The notes under the pieces are model-generated. The model saw nothing but the letters and a program-made list of their open reading frames with translations, was not told the origin of the DNA and ran no database searches. A stretch of 64,000 nucleotides of DNA. Source: a virus. Positions 27,074-37,546 of the stretch are shown piece by piece. The first letter of the stretch is position 1. Every line of letters starts with the position of its first letter. The position numbers were made by a program, and so were the translations under genes. The DNA is taken from positions 13,535 to 77,534 of the IMG/VR virus record IMGVR_UViG_3300042504_002519; one strand, 5' to 3'.

Positions 27074-27157
27074 GGGGGTTCTTTAGCGCTATCCCTAGTG
27101 TGCCCACCCATGGATCCATCACCCTGGGCACCCTGGATCCAGCATGACGGATCCACC

Positions 27158-27664
27158 ATGAGTCAGTTTCAGGTTAGTGCCGATGACAGCCAGGTGCAGG
27201 CGATGCTGGCCCGAGCGGCGCGTCGGCTAAACAACATGAGGCCCTTGTATGACGACATTGGGGCCTACATGGAGCGGGATACAGACCAACGCTTCCAGCG
27301 ACAACAGGCCCCGGATGGTACGCCATGGCGTGACCTATCGCCTAATACCTGGGCGGCCAAGCGTAACCGCAAAATATTGAACGAGACTGGCCAGATGCGT
27401 GACTCGCTGGCCTATGAAGCGACTGGCACTGAGGTGATCATCGGCTTTGCTGACAAGAAAGCCCGCTGGCATCAGTTCGGCACCCGGCCCTATACCATTG
27501 TTCCTAAAAATGCCAGGATGCTGGCCTTCATGACCGCTGGCGGCCCTGCCTTCGCTAGGCAGGTAAACCATCCAGGCATTCCAGCTAGGCCAATGCTAGG
27601 CATCAGCCGGGCCAATGTGGAGGAAATTGGCAGCATCGTCGGCGATCACATTGGCAAGCCATAG
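27158..27664 (+). CDS. Virion morphogenesis protein (Mu gpG-like)
   Basis: RF..Q.APDG.PW, IL.ETGQMRDSL, HQFG, IPARPMLG. Confidence 0.85.
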   Translation: MSQFQVSADDSQVQAMLARAARRLNNMRPLYDDIGAYMERDTDQRFQRQQAPDGTPWRDLSPNTWAAKRNRKILNETGQMRDSLAYEATGTEVIIGFADKKARWHQFGTRPYTIVPKNARMLAFMTAGGPAFARQVNHPGIPARPMLGISRANVEEIGSIVGDHIGKP

Positions 27665-27712
27665 CTGGATCCATGGCTGGGCACACTTAAGACAGTTACC
27701 CAACCCTCAGCC

Positions 27713-29095
27713 ATGGTAGAAATTGAAATCCTTCGCAAGGGCCAGGCGGTCAGCTCCAACGGCACCGAAGTAGACCTGAACGATGAACTATTGGATCAGG
27801 TGGTCGAGTCCTACAACCCGACCAACTTCAAGGCACCCCTGATCGTCTCCCACAATACTGGCGGCCAGGACGATGCTAGCCTGGCCGAGTCGGAGCTAGC
27901 CTATGGCTTTCCGGTGGCCCTAAAGCGAGTTGGGGACCGGGTACGAGCTGTCTTTGATAAGGTATCGCCTCAATTTGTGCAATGGAACCGGGATGGACGG
28001 CTGCTAGGCATTTCCCCCAGCCTGTACCCACCCACCGCCCCAGCTAACCCTACCCCTGGCCGCTGGAGCCTACGCCACATTGCTGGCCTAGGTGCTTCAC
28101 CGCCTGCCATCAAGGGCCTATCGCCGCTGGCCCTGTCTGAACTGACCGATGACCTCGACAATTGGGTACTCGACTTGAACGAATTTAGCCAGCCCGCTGA
28201 TGATGCCGTCTCGGTCGCCTTCGACCTAGGCGAAAACAGCCTAGAAAGTGCAGCCACCACCATCATGGAGCTGGCCAGCCAGATGCAGTCGGACCCAGAG
28301 GAAGGCTACATCCCTGATAGCCCTGAAGGTGAGGCGGTGCAGCTGATCCTCAGCGTTGCCCAGCAGATGAAGGGCAGCGTCCCTGATGTCGCCGAAGACT
28401 ATGACACCATCGTAGCGGCGGCTAGGACTGTCCTCGACGTAGCAGCCAAGGTGGCAGGCTATGGCGAAGTAGAAGAGCCTGAGGACGAGGACGACTACGA
28501 GTCCGAAGACTATGAATATGGCGGTCGGTGCAAAAAGTATCCAGGCTGTGGCTGCGTCGATGGCTGCGCGATGAAGAAAAATATGCAGTTCATGATGGCC
28601 AAGGTGCATGGATCCAAGATGAATTTTGGGGCTGGGCACAATAAGAACAAAGCCTATTACAACTACGAAGAACCCCTACCGATCTCTGAAGGTGACACCA
28701 TGTCTGATGCTGAACGCGACGAATTAGAGCTGCTTCGGGCCGAGCGAGAAGCCCTACAGCAAGAAGTTAGGGCCGCCCGGATCGAGTCTCTGGTCTCGTT
28801 CTGTGAAGCCTACCGGGACCGGTTCACTCCGGCCATGACTAGCCCCGTCTCGGTGGACTTCGGCGAAGAGTCCCACGAAATGGACGCGGTGGACTTCATG
28901 GCCAGCCTGAATGGCGCCCAACTGGCCTGGTTCAAAGAAATGGTTAAGTCCATGCCGCCCCAGGTGGACTTCGAGGAAATTGCCACTGATGACAAAGATC
29001 CGGGCTATGGCGATGATCTGTCCTTCGAGGAACAGTTACAGTCCGCCCGCCAAGCTCTGCAAAAATCGTTTAACACTGCCGGGGGGCTCGAATAA
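27713..29095 (+). CDS. Prohead protease/scaffold (Mu gpI-like)
   Basis: APLIVSH, SPSLY, LRHIAGLGASPPAIKGL; acidic C-terminus. Confidence 0.8.
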   Translation: MVEIEILRKGQAVSSNGTEVDLNDELLDQVVESYNPTNFKAPLIVSHNTGGQDDASLAESELAYGFPVALKRVGDRVRAVFDKVSPQFVQWNRDGRLLGISPSLYPPTAPANPTPGRWSLRHIAGLGASPPAIKGLSPLALSELTDDLDNWVLDLNEFSQPADDAVSVAFDLGENSLESAATTIMELASQMQSDPEEGYIPDSPEGEAVQLILSVAQQMKGSVPDVAEDYDTIVAAARTVLDVAAKVAGYGEVEEPEDEDDYESEDYEYGGRCKKYPGCGCVDGCAMKKNMQFMMAKVHGSKMNFGAGHNKNKAYYNYEEPLPISEGDTMSDAERDELELLRAEREALQQEVRAARIESLVSFCEAYRDRFTPAMTSPVSVDFGEESHEMDAVDFMASLNGAQLAWFKEMVKSMPPQVDFEEIATDDKDPGYGDDLSFEEQLQSARQALQKSFNTAGGLE

Positions 29096-29640
29096 TGCCG
29101 ATTCTCAACTATGCCAACATCACTGATGGCGATCTAATCTACGAAGGGCAGATCGTCTATACCGAGGATACGATCATCCGTACCGGCTACAACGCCGAAG
29201 CAAGTGCCATCATTCCCTTTGGCCGAGCTGTTGCCAAGGGTGCAGCTACCACCGGGGCCAGCAGCGACCGGATCGACCTGGTCAACCTGGTCGATGGCAA
29301 CTCTATCATCGTCGGCATCGCCGTTTCGACTGACGCCATTCAAAAGGTAACCGGCACCCCCGGCACCGATGAGGCGGTCTCTGTCGTCTCTGGCGTGATG
29401 GGCTGGCCCGTTGACTATCCTGTGTCCTACCTGGTGCGGGGTGTCATCGGCGTCAGGGTAAGTGATACCGATACCGTCAAGCCTGGCGACGCTGTCTATG
29501 CCGTCCATACCGCCTCCAGCGGTGTGCTGGTGGGCACCTTCCGCAGTGACAGCACCAACGCCATCCAAATTACCAACGCTCGTTGGCTAGGCTATGGCGG
29601 TCAGAATGACATCGTTCCTCTCTCTATTAACTTGGCCTAG
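29095..29640 (+). CDS. Head decoration protein
   Basis: IPFGRAV...GIAV; lies just before the major capsid gene. Confidence 0.7.
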   Translation: MPILNYANITDGDLIYEGQIVYTEDTIIRTGYNAEASAIIPFGRAVAKGAATTGASSDRIDLVNLVDGNSIIVGIAVSTDAIQKVTGTPGTDEAVSVVSGVMGWPVDYPVSYLVRGVIGVRVSDTDTVKPGDAVYAVHTASSGVLVGTFRSDSTNAIQITNARWLGYGGQNDIVPLSINLA

Positions 29641-29651
29641 GAGGTTTTTCA

Positions 29652-30596
29652 ATGGCAACTGGCGGAACTCAGCTATATCGCTATCTTCAACAACGCTTGC
29701 CTGACATGATCACCAAGCGTTATGAGGATCTTCCTTATGATGCGGGGCTGCGGGTTGCCTCTGATGTAAACCTGCAAGCTGGTGCGCAAGAGATCGTAGC
29801 CGAAGTGCTCGACAAGGTGGGCGATGCCCAGGTTGTTGGCGATGGCACCTTCGACTTTCCTATCGTTGACCTCAACCTAAGCGAAGATCGCTATAAGGTG
29901 CTGATGGTCGGATCTGCTATGTCCTGGACGTTCCAACAAGAACGGGCCATGACCTTTGCAGGCAACCTGACCCAGATGAATGCCCAGCGGGAGTCAACCG
30001 TTACCCGTTCTATTGCAGAGCGTCGTAACAAGATTGCCGCCTATGGCGAATCTCGGCTAGGCATTACTGGCTTTTTGAATAATGCGTCGGTCACCCTGGT
30101 TAATAGCACCTTCGACTTCCACAACGCCAATACCACCCCTGACGATATGTACCAGTTCTTCCTAACCCAGGTGGAACTGTTTGATACCGGCAGCAACAAC
30201 GTCATGACGCCCACCCATGCCACCGTTAGTACTAAGCTGTACTACCGGCTATCAAAACGGCTTGGTGACACCCAGGTGACGGTCAAGGACTTCATCGAGC
30301 AGATGCTATCCAGCGAAGGAACCCCCTTCAAGATCCATAAGGACAAATGGAGCAATAGCAGCCTGCTGGAGGTCAATGGCGTTCAGGCCGGTGGTGTCAA
30401 TAAGGATCGGATCACGCTGTTCACCATCAGCCGGGATATGGCTAGCCGTATGGTTGAGCCAACCGCGATGATGCCCATGGACTATGTGAGCGTCAAGAAT
30501 GGGCGGAAAGTATTTCCGTTCTACTCCTGCGTGACACCAGTGATGTTCCATCAGATCCCTGGCTTCCGCTATATCGACGTTCCTAAGGCTGTTTAG
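29652..30596 (+). CDS. Major capsid protein (DUF2184-like)
   Basis: 314 aa; NKIAAYGE..GITGFLN; position. Confidence 0.8.
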   Translation: MATGGTQLYRYLQQRLPDMITKRYEDLPYDAGLRVASDVNLQAGAQEIVAEVLDKVGDAQVVGDGTFDFPIVDLNLSEDRYKVLMVGSAMSWTFQQERAMTFAGNLTQMNAQRESTVTRSIAERRNKIAAYGESRLGITGFLNNASVTLVNSTFDFHNANTTPDDMYQFFLTQVELFDTGSNNVMTPTHATVSTKLYYRLSKRLGDTQVTVKDFIEQMLSSEGTPFKIHKDKWSNSSLLEVNGVQAGGVNKDRITLFTISRDMASRMVEPTAMMPMDYVSVKNGRKVFPFYSCVTPVMFHQIPGFRYIDVPKAV

Positions 30597-30606
30597 ATAA
30601 TTCCTG

Positions 30607-31011
30607 GTGACTGACATGACAACCTGCGTTGTTTACAAACCAACGGCTTGTTTTCCGCCCAAGGGTGTAGCGAGTGAAGTATTCTTTGACTCGCTATGCC
30701 TAAAGGCTGGGGCCAAAAACTACCTAACTGACGATGAACTAGAACGGCTGATCAGCCATGACGACTACCCTCGCTATGAAGCATGGGGAGCCATCGAGGT
30801 GATCCAGCCAGAGCAGGAAGCGCCAGAGCTAGCCCCGGCCCCAGGCAAGCCTACCTACCCGGCTAACTTGTCTGGCATCTCGGTAGAAAAGGCAGAAGAC
30901 ATTGTCAATGGCTGTGATGATGTGGTTGTCCTGCGGGCCTGGTTTGACGCCGAAACCCGCAAAACGTTGCGTGAAATCCTGACCCGTCGAATCGAGGAGA
31001 TTCTTGAATAA
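30607..31011 (+). CDS. Hypothetical head-associated protein
   Basis: Follows the capsid gene; ETRKTL...RRIEE tail. Confidence 0.55.
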   Translation: MTDMTTCVVYKPTACFPPKGVASEVFFDSLCLKAGAKNYLTDDELERLISHDDYPRYEAWGAIEVIQPEQEAPELAPAPGKPTYPANLSGISVEKAEDIVNGCDDVVVLRAWFDAETRKTLREILTRRIEEILE

Positions 31012-31427
31012 TGGCCCAACAGCGTATCGTCGCCAGCCTAGAGCAGGCGTACTTTGAAGTAGACCTATCGCTTGCCACCAATGCCCTCTGCGTTGATCAA
31101 GCATTCTTTATTGCCCAGCTACCTTGTAAGGTAGTGGGAATCAGCTATATCCATGCCACGGCTGGCACCGATGAAGGTGCAGTCAATGTGCAGGTAACCA
31201 AAGATACGGGCACTGATGCCCCTGGTGCTGGCACCAACCTACTGACCAATAACACCAATGCTGGGTTTAACTGCAAAGGCACTATCAATGTGCTGCAGAC
31301 CGGCGCTTTAGTCACCGCCGAAGCAACCCGCACCCTGGCCGCTGGTGAGCGGCTATCGGTAGACTTTGCTGGCACCCTGACGGCCCTGGCTGGCGTCACC
31401 CTGTCGGTACGGCTGCAGTACGTCTGA
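31011..31427 (+). CDS. Hypothetical virion protein
   Basis: Beta-rich coupled ORF. Confidence 0.55.
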   Translation: MAQQRIVASLEQAYFEVDLSLATNALCVDQAFFIAQLPCKVVGISYIHATAGTDEGAVNVQVTKDTGTDAPGAGTNLLTNNTNAGFNCKGTINVLQTGALVTAEATRTLAAGERLSVDFAGTLTALAGVTLSVRLQYV

Positions 31428-31454
31428 TAAGTTTCTCCTCTGTGGTTCTCCCTC

Positions 31455-31480
31455 GCCCCCGGCATTGCTGGGGGTTTTTT
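31455..31480 (+). terminator. Intrinsic terminator
   Basis: GCCCCCGGCA-T-TGCTGGGGGTTTTTT. Confidence 0.75.
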
Positions 31481-31481
31481 C

Positions 31482-32789
31482 TTACCGGTTAAAGCGCACT
31501 TCTACCACCTCATTGCCTTGAATGATCACCCGATCTACCAGCTCAGCATAGAGCTGTCGGCGCTCGGGCGCTTCCAAGGCGCTCCAGTCCATCGTGGCTG
31601 CATCAATGGCCTGTTGCTGTAGCCGCTGGCTGCTGGCTAGCACCTGACCCTGGCTGCTACGCCTGGCCAAGATCTCTGCCTCGATAGCGGCCATCTCTTC
31701 AGCAATGGCGGAGCGGTGCGCTAGGGGCCTCAGGGCGGCTAATTCTTGCTCTAGGGCAGCAATGGTAGGGTCAAAGGCTGTGTCGGACTCCAGGCCATAG
31801 GCGATGGCCTCAGCATGGTCGATCAATGCCTCCTGGATAGCGGCTTCGATCATGTCCTGGCGACAAGCGCGGGTATGGGGGCAATCGCGCTCAGGAAAGT
31901 CGGTCCTAACAGCACAGGTGAAATACCGATGGCTGCGCCCAACAAAGGTACGGCAACGGGTGCCACAGACACAGGAAACAATCGGCGGCACCGGGTACAC
32001 CCGCCCCTGGTTGTTGCCACGTAGCTGACGGTTTAAGCCAATCAGGTAGTCGATGCGCTGATACTCTTCCTCGCTGATCAATGCTTGGTGGGTGTTATAG
32101 CGCCATTCGCCTGTCCTAGCGTAGTGCAAGTGGCCACGCAGCGCAGCGCTACGCAGCCAGGCCCGCCATCCGCCTCGGGTCTTATAAAGCCCATGGCGTT
32201 CTCCCATGTGGTTCAGTAGCTTGGTCAAATTGCCATGCTCTAGGTAGAACTCTATCGCTTCTCTGGCCTTCGCCCAGTCTGGCCCGGGCTCATAGCGGCT
32301 ACCGTCTGGGGATCGTTGGTAGCCAAAGGGCGCCGGGCCACCCATCGGCCTACCCTGGCGCCGCATTTGCACCGTAGCCCGCTGTAGGCGCTCTGATAGC
32401 TCTACTGAGTAGTAGTGGGCCATCAACGACTTTACGCCGGTCGTAAGCAGTCCTGACGCGGTCTGGAGCGTAATCTCCTGGCCGGTGGTTAGTTCCTTGA
32501 CGATGGCGCCAGCGGCCTCTAGCTGGGCAAGGCTTTCCATCGCCCAGACGGTATCTCTTGCCCAACGGGTCCATTCCACCACCCAGACGGTTACCTGGTG
32601 CCGTTGCTGGCGTAGTTCTAAGGCCCTGTCCACCATGCGTAGGAACTCGGGCCGGTCCCGACGGCGCCCTGACACATTCTCAGTAAATAGCTCGTCAAAC
32701 TCGAGCTGCTGCTGGAATTGTTGGATCTGCAGTGTCAGGCTTTGCTCTTCTGTCGATACCCGCCCGTAGCACAGTTGATAATGCGCCAT
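31482..32789 (-). CDS. Large serine recombinase/integrase (XisF-like)
   Basis: YGRVSTEEQ, SGRRRDRPEF, TRWAR, PFGY, Zn-ribbon cysteines, coiled coil. Confidence 0.9.
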   Translation of the reverse strand: MAHYQLCYGRVSTEEQSLTLQIQQFQQQLEFDELFTENVSGRRRDRPEFLRMVDRALELRQQRHQVTVWVVEWTRWARDTVWAMESLAQLEAAGAIVKELTTGQEITLQTASGLLTTGVKSLMAHYYSVELSERLQRATVQMRRQGRPMGGPAPFGYQRSPDGSRYEPGPDWAKAREAIEFYLEHGNLTKLLNHMGERHGLYKTRGGWRAWLRSAALRGHLHYARTGEWRYNTHQALISEEEYQRIDYLIGLNRQLRGNNQGRVYPVPPIVSCVCGTRCRTFVGRSHRYFTCAVRTDFPERDCPHTRACRQDMIEAAIQEALIDHAEAIAYGLESDTAFDPTIAALEQELAALRPLAHRSAIAEEMAAIEAEILARRSSQGQVLASSQRLQQQAIDAATMDWSALEAPERRQLYAELVDRVIIQGNEVVEVRFNR

Positions 32790-32914
32790 AGCAACAACCC
32801 TCCTAGCCCTAGCGTACTACGCTGGCCTCGAGCGACTGTGCCATAGCAAGAGCCTTGAGGAAGTCTTACCATGGCGCTACCGGGCATCCTAAGGCCAGTG
32901 ATGGAGCTAGGCAG

Positions 32915-33187
32915 ATGGTTGAATGGCATGGCGAACGGTTCGATGACTACAACACGCCAAAACGTACACCCAACCATCCTACCCATAGCCATGCTGTACT
33001 GGTCCGCCATGATGGCGTGATCCGGCTAGTGCGCTTTGGGGCCCAGGGCGCTAAGGGTTCACCCAAGAAAAAGGGCGAGTCAGCGGCATGGAAGGCCCGT
33101 CGCCTAGCCTGGTATGCCAGGCATCGCCAGAACATTGCCAGAGGCCCGCTGTCGCCTGCCTGGTGGGCCGCTAAGGTGAAATGGTAG
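32915..33187 (+). CDS. Small basic phage protein
   Basis: KRTPNHPT.SH.V...RFG.QG...SPAWWA.KVKW. Confidence 0.6.
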   Translation: MVEWHGERFDDYNTPKRTPNHPTHSHAVLVRHDGVIRLVRFGAQGAKGSPKKKGESAAWKARRLAWYARHRQNIARGPLSPAWWAAKVKW

Positions 33188-33680
33188 CCGCTATGGTGCC
33201 ATCTTCGCTAACCACCAGGGGGATGTCATTATCAATGGCTAGCTGGTTCAGGTCGTCGATCTGCTCTTCGCTCAAGCTATAGGCCTGGTGGTTCCATAGC
33301 GCTATCAAGGGCTCAGGATCACCCATGGCGCCACCATTGCGCAAAGTTTGCAGTCGGCCTACCAGGGCGGGGAATAGTGGGTTAGTGGCCAGGATAGCTA
33401 GGATGTCGATGTCAGCCACCAGGCTATCGGCCATAGCGCCCCAGTTGGGCATCACCGGCGGGGGTGGGGGCGGGGGTGGCTCCTGCCAGGTGTTGGTAGC
33501 GCTGTCCCAGTAGGCCGTATCGCTGGGGCGTTCCGGCTTTAGCTGGACGGCAGTGCCGTCGTAGTAAAGATCATCGCGGTTAGCGTCGGGTCCTTCGACT
33601 AAGGTGCAGCCAGTTGGGGGTGTGACAGACGCATCATTGCTAGTGCCAGCGATCTCATTGCCAGCGATCCAATAGTACAT
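33171..33680 (-). CDS. Tail fibre assembly-like protein
   Basis: RPS...WD...W motif; follows the fibre gene. Confidence 0.55.
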   Translation of the reverse strand: MYYWIAGNEIAGTSNDASVTPPTGCTLVEGPDANRDDLYYDGTAVQLKPERPSDTAYWDSATNTWQEPPPPPPPPVMPNWGAMADSLVADIDILAILATNPLFPALVGRLQTLRNGGAMGDPEPLIALWNHQAYSLSEEQIDDLNQLAIDNDIPLVVSEDGTIAATISP

Positions 33681-33682
33681 AG

Positions 33683-35059
33683 TTAAGCCACCGGTTTGAT
33701 AGTACGGGTCACGATCTGGCCACTCTCCGCTGCATCGAATGGCGTCCTAGCGTTGCCACCCCGGCCAGCAAAAGACGCGCCGCTGGAGCCTGGGTACGGA
33801 TCAGCGCCGCCTACAGTCGCCCCATTGGATCCTGCGCTTCCATTGACGGTGCCTGGCGTGATAGTTGGCGCAATGAAAACGGCCCATCCGCCGCCCCCGG
33901 CCCTGCCCCCTAGTACACCCGCCGTCACGCTAGCACCACGCTGGCCAGCCGCCCCATCCCCGCCCCTGACATTGATGACGCCTGCATTGGAGATAGAAAT
34001 TAATGAGGATAGGTGGACGATGCCGCCACTGCCGCCAGCGCCAGGCCCGATGCGAAGCCAGGCATTGTTAATGGTTCCTATTGCCGCATTGCCCCCATTG
34101 GCATTGATAATGCCAGCAGCGCCGATGGCGATGGGTCCAGACGCCTCGATAAACAACCCAGCCCCGCCAGCCCCGCCAGCCCCGCCGGTAATAGTAACGC
34201 TTTGTGAAGTGCCTTGAAGGTTGAAGTTAGGCCCACCGCCAGAGCTGCCATAGGGCTGAGCCTCCCACGAATAAACCTGGCCTCGATTGGCGCCGATTCC
34301 TAGCCCTGTCAAGTCATCTCGGTAACCATCGCCGCTGCCAAGAAAGCCTCCTTCGCCATTATTAGGGCCACCCCTGAGAAATACAGATCCGGTGAGCGTT
34401 CCATTGATAGTCACCGCACCTGAGCAATAGATGCGGGTTAGGCCACTACTTAGGGTAACAGTGTGGCCACTATTGACGGTGAAGCTACTAAAGTAGTACA
34501 CCTCTCGATCTAAGGTAATATTGGTCAACCCGCTTGGGTTAGTGCCAGACACCACACCAGTGGCAAAGCTACCATCGCCACCATTGCCGCCGATTAGTTT
34601 AATCGACTCCTGAATAGGCTTTACCTCGAATCGTGGCCTCCGGTCGATTACGGCACTAACGACCGTCGATGTGGTCACCACGCTGGCCAGGACGACACCT
34701 ATCAATGGCACACTGGTACTAGCCGCAACAGCGCCACTATCATTGACAAATACCCAGTTGGTTGTACTAGCTGTGAGGCCAACGCTGCCCGCCGCAATGG
34801 CTTGCCGTGCGCCAGTCGCTAGCGTAACGACGCCAGCGGCATAGTCGGCATTGAGGCCAGTGCCAGCCGTCACCTTCAACTCATCCCTAAAAGCCTGCCA
34901 CTCTGGCAATATCTGGCCAGCGGTGGTACTGAGGTCGGCATTGGTGATCTTAGCGATCTCGCCATCATCGTCAGGCGTATCGACAAAAACCGGGTTGTTG
35001 ATGGCATTTAGGAAGGCAGAGGTAACAACCGTCCCATTTGCAAAAGTAGTCTTAGCCAT
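33683..35059 (-). CDS. Glycine-rich tail fibre
   Basis: KTTF.NGT.VT..FLN N-terminus; GAGGAGG and GGSGG repeats. Confidence 0.75.
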   Translation of the reverse strand: MAKTTFANGTVVTSAFLNAINNPVFVDTPDDDGEIAKITNADLSTTAGQILPEWQAFRDELKVTAGTGLNADYAAGVVTLATGARQAIAAGSVGLTASTTNWVFVNDSGAVAASTSVPLIGVVLASVVTTSTVVSAVIDRRPRFEVKPIQESIKLIGGNGGDGSFATGVVSGTNPSGLTNITLDREVYYFSSFTVNSGHTVTLSSGLTRIYCSGAVTINGTLTGSVFLRGGPNNGEGGFLGSGDGYRDDLTGLGIGANRGQVYSWEAQPYGSSGGGPNFNLQGTSQSVTITGGAGGAGGAGLFIEASGPIAIGAAGIINANGGNAAIGTINNAWLRIGPGAGGSGGIVHLSSLISISNAGVINVRGGDGAAGQRGASVTAGVLGGRAGGGGWAVFIAPTITPGTVNGSAGSNGATVGGADPYPGSSGASFAGRGGNARTPFDAAESGQIVTRTIKPVA

Positions 35060-35067
35060 AGTTCTCC

Positions 35068-35751
35068 TTAGGCGATACGTTGCCAGAATGTTGCATCAGT
35101 CGGCAGGTTGCCTGCGCTCGGGTTAGCGTTGATATAGACATAGCTGCGACTATCGACGGTATAAAAGACCGCGTCATTGTATTGATAGGTGGTGCCAGCC
35201 GCCCAGTTACCTTGCCAGACTGGCCCGCCCCGCAATGCAGCGGCATAGGTGCTATCACTGGCCAGCAAGGCCGCCACCCTGCGTACTGCTGTATCTAGTA
35301 CATCGGTTGTTAGGCCAGTCGGCACCAATTCACTCCAGTTGACGGTATTGACATTGGGCACGATGGCCCGAAAGTCGCTGATCGTCTCCTCGGTGATCGT
35401 CGAATTGCGGGTTAGCTCCTCCGAGTCGCTGCTATGCAACTCGCCGGTGTAATATTTGTTGTCGGTGTGCAGATGAACCGGCCCATCATAGGGTTCGCCG
35501 TTCAAGAAGAAATAGTTGAATGTCGTTGTCTCAGTAAATAGCTCAAAGCGATAGGTAGTATTACTGGTGGCTGACTCTGGAATGGTGATGCTAAGCGCCC
35601 CGCTGGTGATGGTGAAGGTTTTGGGCTGCTCAGTATAGGTGGTATGGGGGTTGGTGCTAGTCACGTTGATCGGGCTATCGAGGGTCACCCGTAGCTTAGC
35701 GGTGAGGGTATCACCGCCAGAATTGCGCAAAGTAGCCTGGATGATCGTCAT
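35068..35751 (-). CDS. Tail/baseplate-associated protein
   Basis: C-terminal W.G.W..GTTY...D.V carbohydrate-binding-like motif. Confidence 0.55.
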   Translation of the reverse strand: MTIIQATLRNSGGDTLTAKLRVTLDSPINVTSTNPHTTYTEQPKTFTITSGALSITIPESATSNTTYRFELFTETTTFNYFFLNGEPYDGPVHLHTDNKYYTGELHSSDSEELTRNSTITEETISDFRAIVPNVNTVNWSELVPTGLTTDVLDTAVRRVAALLASDSTYAAALRGGPVWQGNWAAGTTYQYNDAVFYTVDSRSYVYINANPSAGNLPTDATFWQRIA

Positions 35752-35765
35752 GCCTATAGGGTGCC

Positions 35766-36371
35766 CTAGCTAAAAATTGGCGTGTCAAAGACCGGATCCC
35801 CGGCAACCGAAAAGCCTGCGTAGAATTGTTGGTAGCAAACCTGGCTGGTGACATAGACCGGGCTATAAAGCTGGTTCAGCCGTTCTAATAATGCCCACTG
35901 GGATCCATTGCGGGCATAGATTAGCTTCACCCTTAGGAAATATTCAAACCCGCTATCACTGCCTAGGGTATCGCCAGCGGCGCTATAGCCAGCCAGGAAG
36001 TCGCCTAGAACATAAACCCGCATCTCTAGCCCAAATAGGGCGATGATCCACTCTAGCAAGGCCCTGGAGCCCTTCTCCGGCCACACTCGGCTAAAGGCTT
36101 CAGTGATCAACGTGCGCTTCACCGATACTGGCCACTCCGTATCCCAGTAGGCGCCGGTATAGCCCGATAGCTGGGCTAGCCAGTCCAGGTTAGCCGCATT
36201 AGCCGTGGCTGGGTTCAGGTGGGTGGCGTAAAAGTTCTGTGCCAGCCCTCGGCTATTGGCTAGCAGTTCATCCCAGGGCAACGTCAGCCAGTCGGCAGCA
36301 TCATTGCCTTGGTACTGCTGCGACTCCTCTGGCAGTCGTCCATAGATCGGTCGGTTAGTCGCCCAGCCCAT
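35766..36371 (-). CDS. Baseplate wedge/tail protein I
   Basis: LNP.TA...LDWLAQ..G...KGS. Confidence 0.75.
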   Translation of the reverse strand: MGWATNRPIYGRLPEESQQYQGNDAADWLTLPWDELLANSRGLAQNFYATHLNPATANAANLDWLAQLSGYTGAYWDTEWPVSVKRTLITEAFSRVWPEKGSRALLEWIIALFGLEMRVYVLGDFLAGYSAAGDTLGSDSGFEYFLRVKLIYARNGSQWALLERLNQLYSPVYVTSQVCYQQFYAGFSVAGDPVFDTPIFS

Positions 36372-37546
36372 TAGTCCGGATCCCCCTGGCCGTAGCTATA
36401 GCTGAACAGGTTAGCGCCATCGACTAGCTCCACCACCAGGTCAATTAGGCTGCCAGCTGAATACCGATAGGGTAAAGCTAGGTTAGTGGCTAGCTGGCTT
36501 TGGCCCACAATGCCCATAATCACTGACTGCACCGATTCCACGCCAGACAACCGCACCAGGTATTCAAGTTCCTTCACCAGGATGGTTTCTCCTAGCTCCA
36601 GGTTGCCAGGCGTTAGGTAGGCATCAAGCCTGGCATGAATGTCATCCGCTAGCGTCTCTGGGTTTTGGCCGCTGGGCAGCTTCGCTACCACCCGTACCGT
36701 CACATCCTGCACATCCACATTCGACGCATAGACCGCAATGGTGACATGGCTCTTGGCGGCTAGTGCGGCTTGGACGTCGGCCAGCTGGGCGGTACTGAGC
36801 AGTTCACCGCCAGGGTTCAAGCAAAATACATGAACACTTCCAGCCCTGGTGGTTACTTTGTCAGCGGCCAGGTTGCCGATGGCCTTGGCGACCGATCCAT
36901 TACCCAGTAGGGCCCGGGTTTCTTCCTGGTAGTCGTCCGCACTGACCAGGCCACGCCGACGAATTGCGGCAAAGGCCCGAGCCTTGGTTTGGTCCACCGT
37001 CTCGCCATCGGTGCCACCGGTTGCCGCTTCAGTATTGGTGACAGAACCAAGGAATGATAGGGGCTGGCTAAGCCGGGTGATCGTATAGGCGCCCACATTG
37101 TAAGTACTACCCACCGCTGTCGCTGTTGCCGCCACGGTGCCTGCGATGTTGCCAGGGCTGATCACCAAGCTGGCGTTGGTGGTAAAGGAAAGGCCTCCGG
37201 TAGTCGATACTTCATAGCCCGCTGGCACCGTATAGCTGGTGCTAAGGACAGCGGTCAGGGTAAAGGTAAGGGTAACCGAGGCGCTGGTGCCTAGGATCTG
37301 CTGGATGCCTGCAATTTGTAGGTAGGCAATAGCCATCGCCTCTGGCAATTGGTTCAGGTAGTACAATAGCTCAGCGCCAGCAAAGGCCTGCCCTTCGATC
37401 AAGGCCCGGGCTGGCGAACTAGGCGCAAAGCTATTGATCGCCCCACCACTAGCCACAAATACTCGATCCAAGGCATACTCGACTAGCGTCGCCTCCGTCC
37501 TTGGATCCAGGCTAGGGATGACCAGGGGTGTTATCTGTGTTGCCAT
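36371..37546 (-). CDS. Baseplate J protein
   Basis: LDPR, VTNTEAATGGTDGET, VSADDY. Confidence 0.9.
   Translation of the reverse strand: MATQITPLVIPSLDPRTEATLVEYALDRVFVASGGAINSFAPSSPARALIEGQAFAGAELLYYLNQLPEAMAIAYLQIAGIQQILGTSASVTLTFTLTAVLSTSYTVPAGYEVSTTGGLSFTTNASLVISPGNIAGTVAATATAVGSTYNVGAYTITRLSQPLSFLGSVTNTEAATGGTDGETVDQTKARAFAAIRRRGLVSADDYQEETRALLGNGSVAKAIGNLAADKVTTRAGSVHVFCLNPGGELLSTAQLADVQAALAAKSHVTIAVYASNVDVQDVTVRVVAKLPSGQNPETLADDIHARLDAYLTPGNLELGETILVKELEYLVRLSGVESVQSVIMGIVGQSQLATNLALPYRYSAGSLIDLVVELVDGANLFSYSYGQGDPD

Noticed and set aside
32782-32850. Possible attP (GCCATAGCAA direct repeat around a short palindrome)
   Set aside because: Cannot be verified without attB, attL or attR sequences
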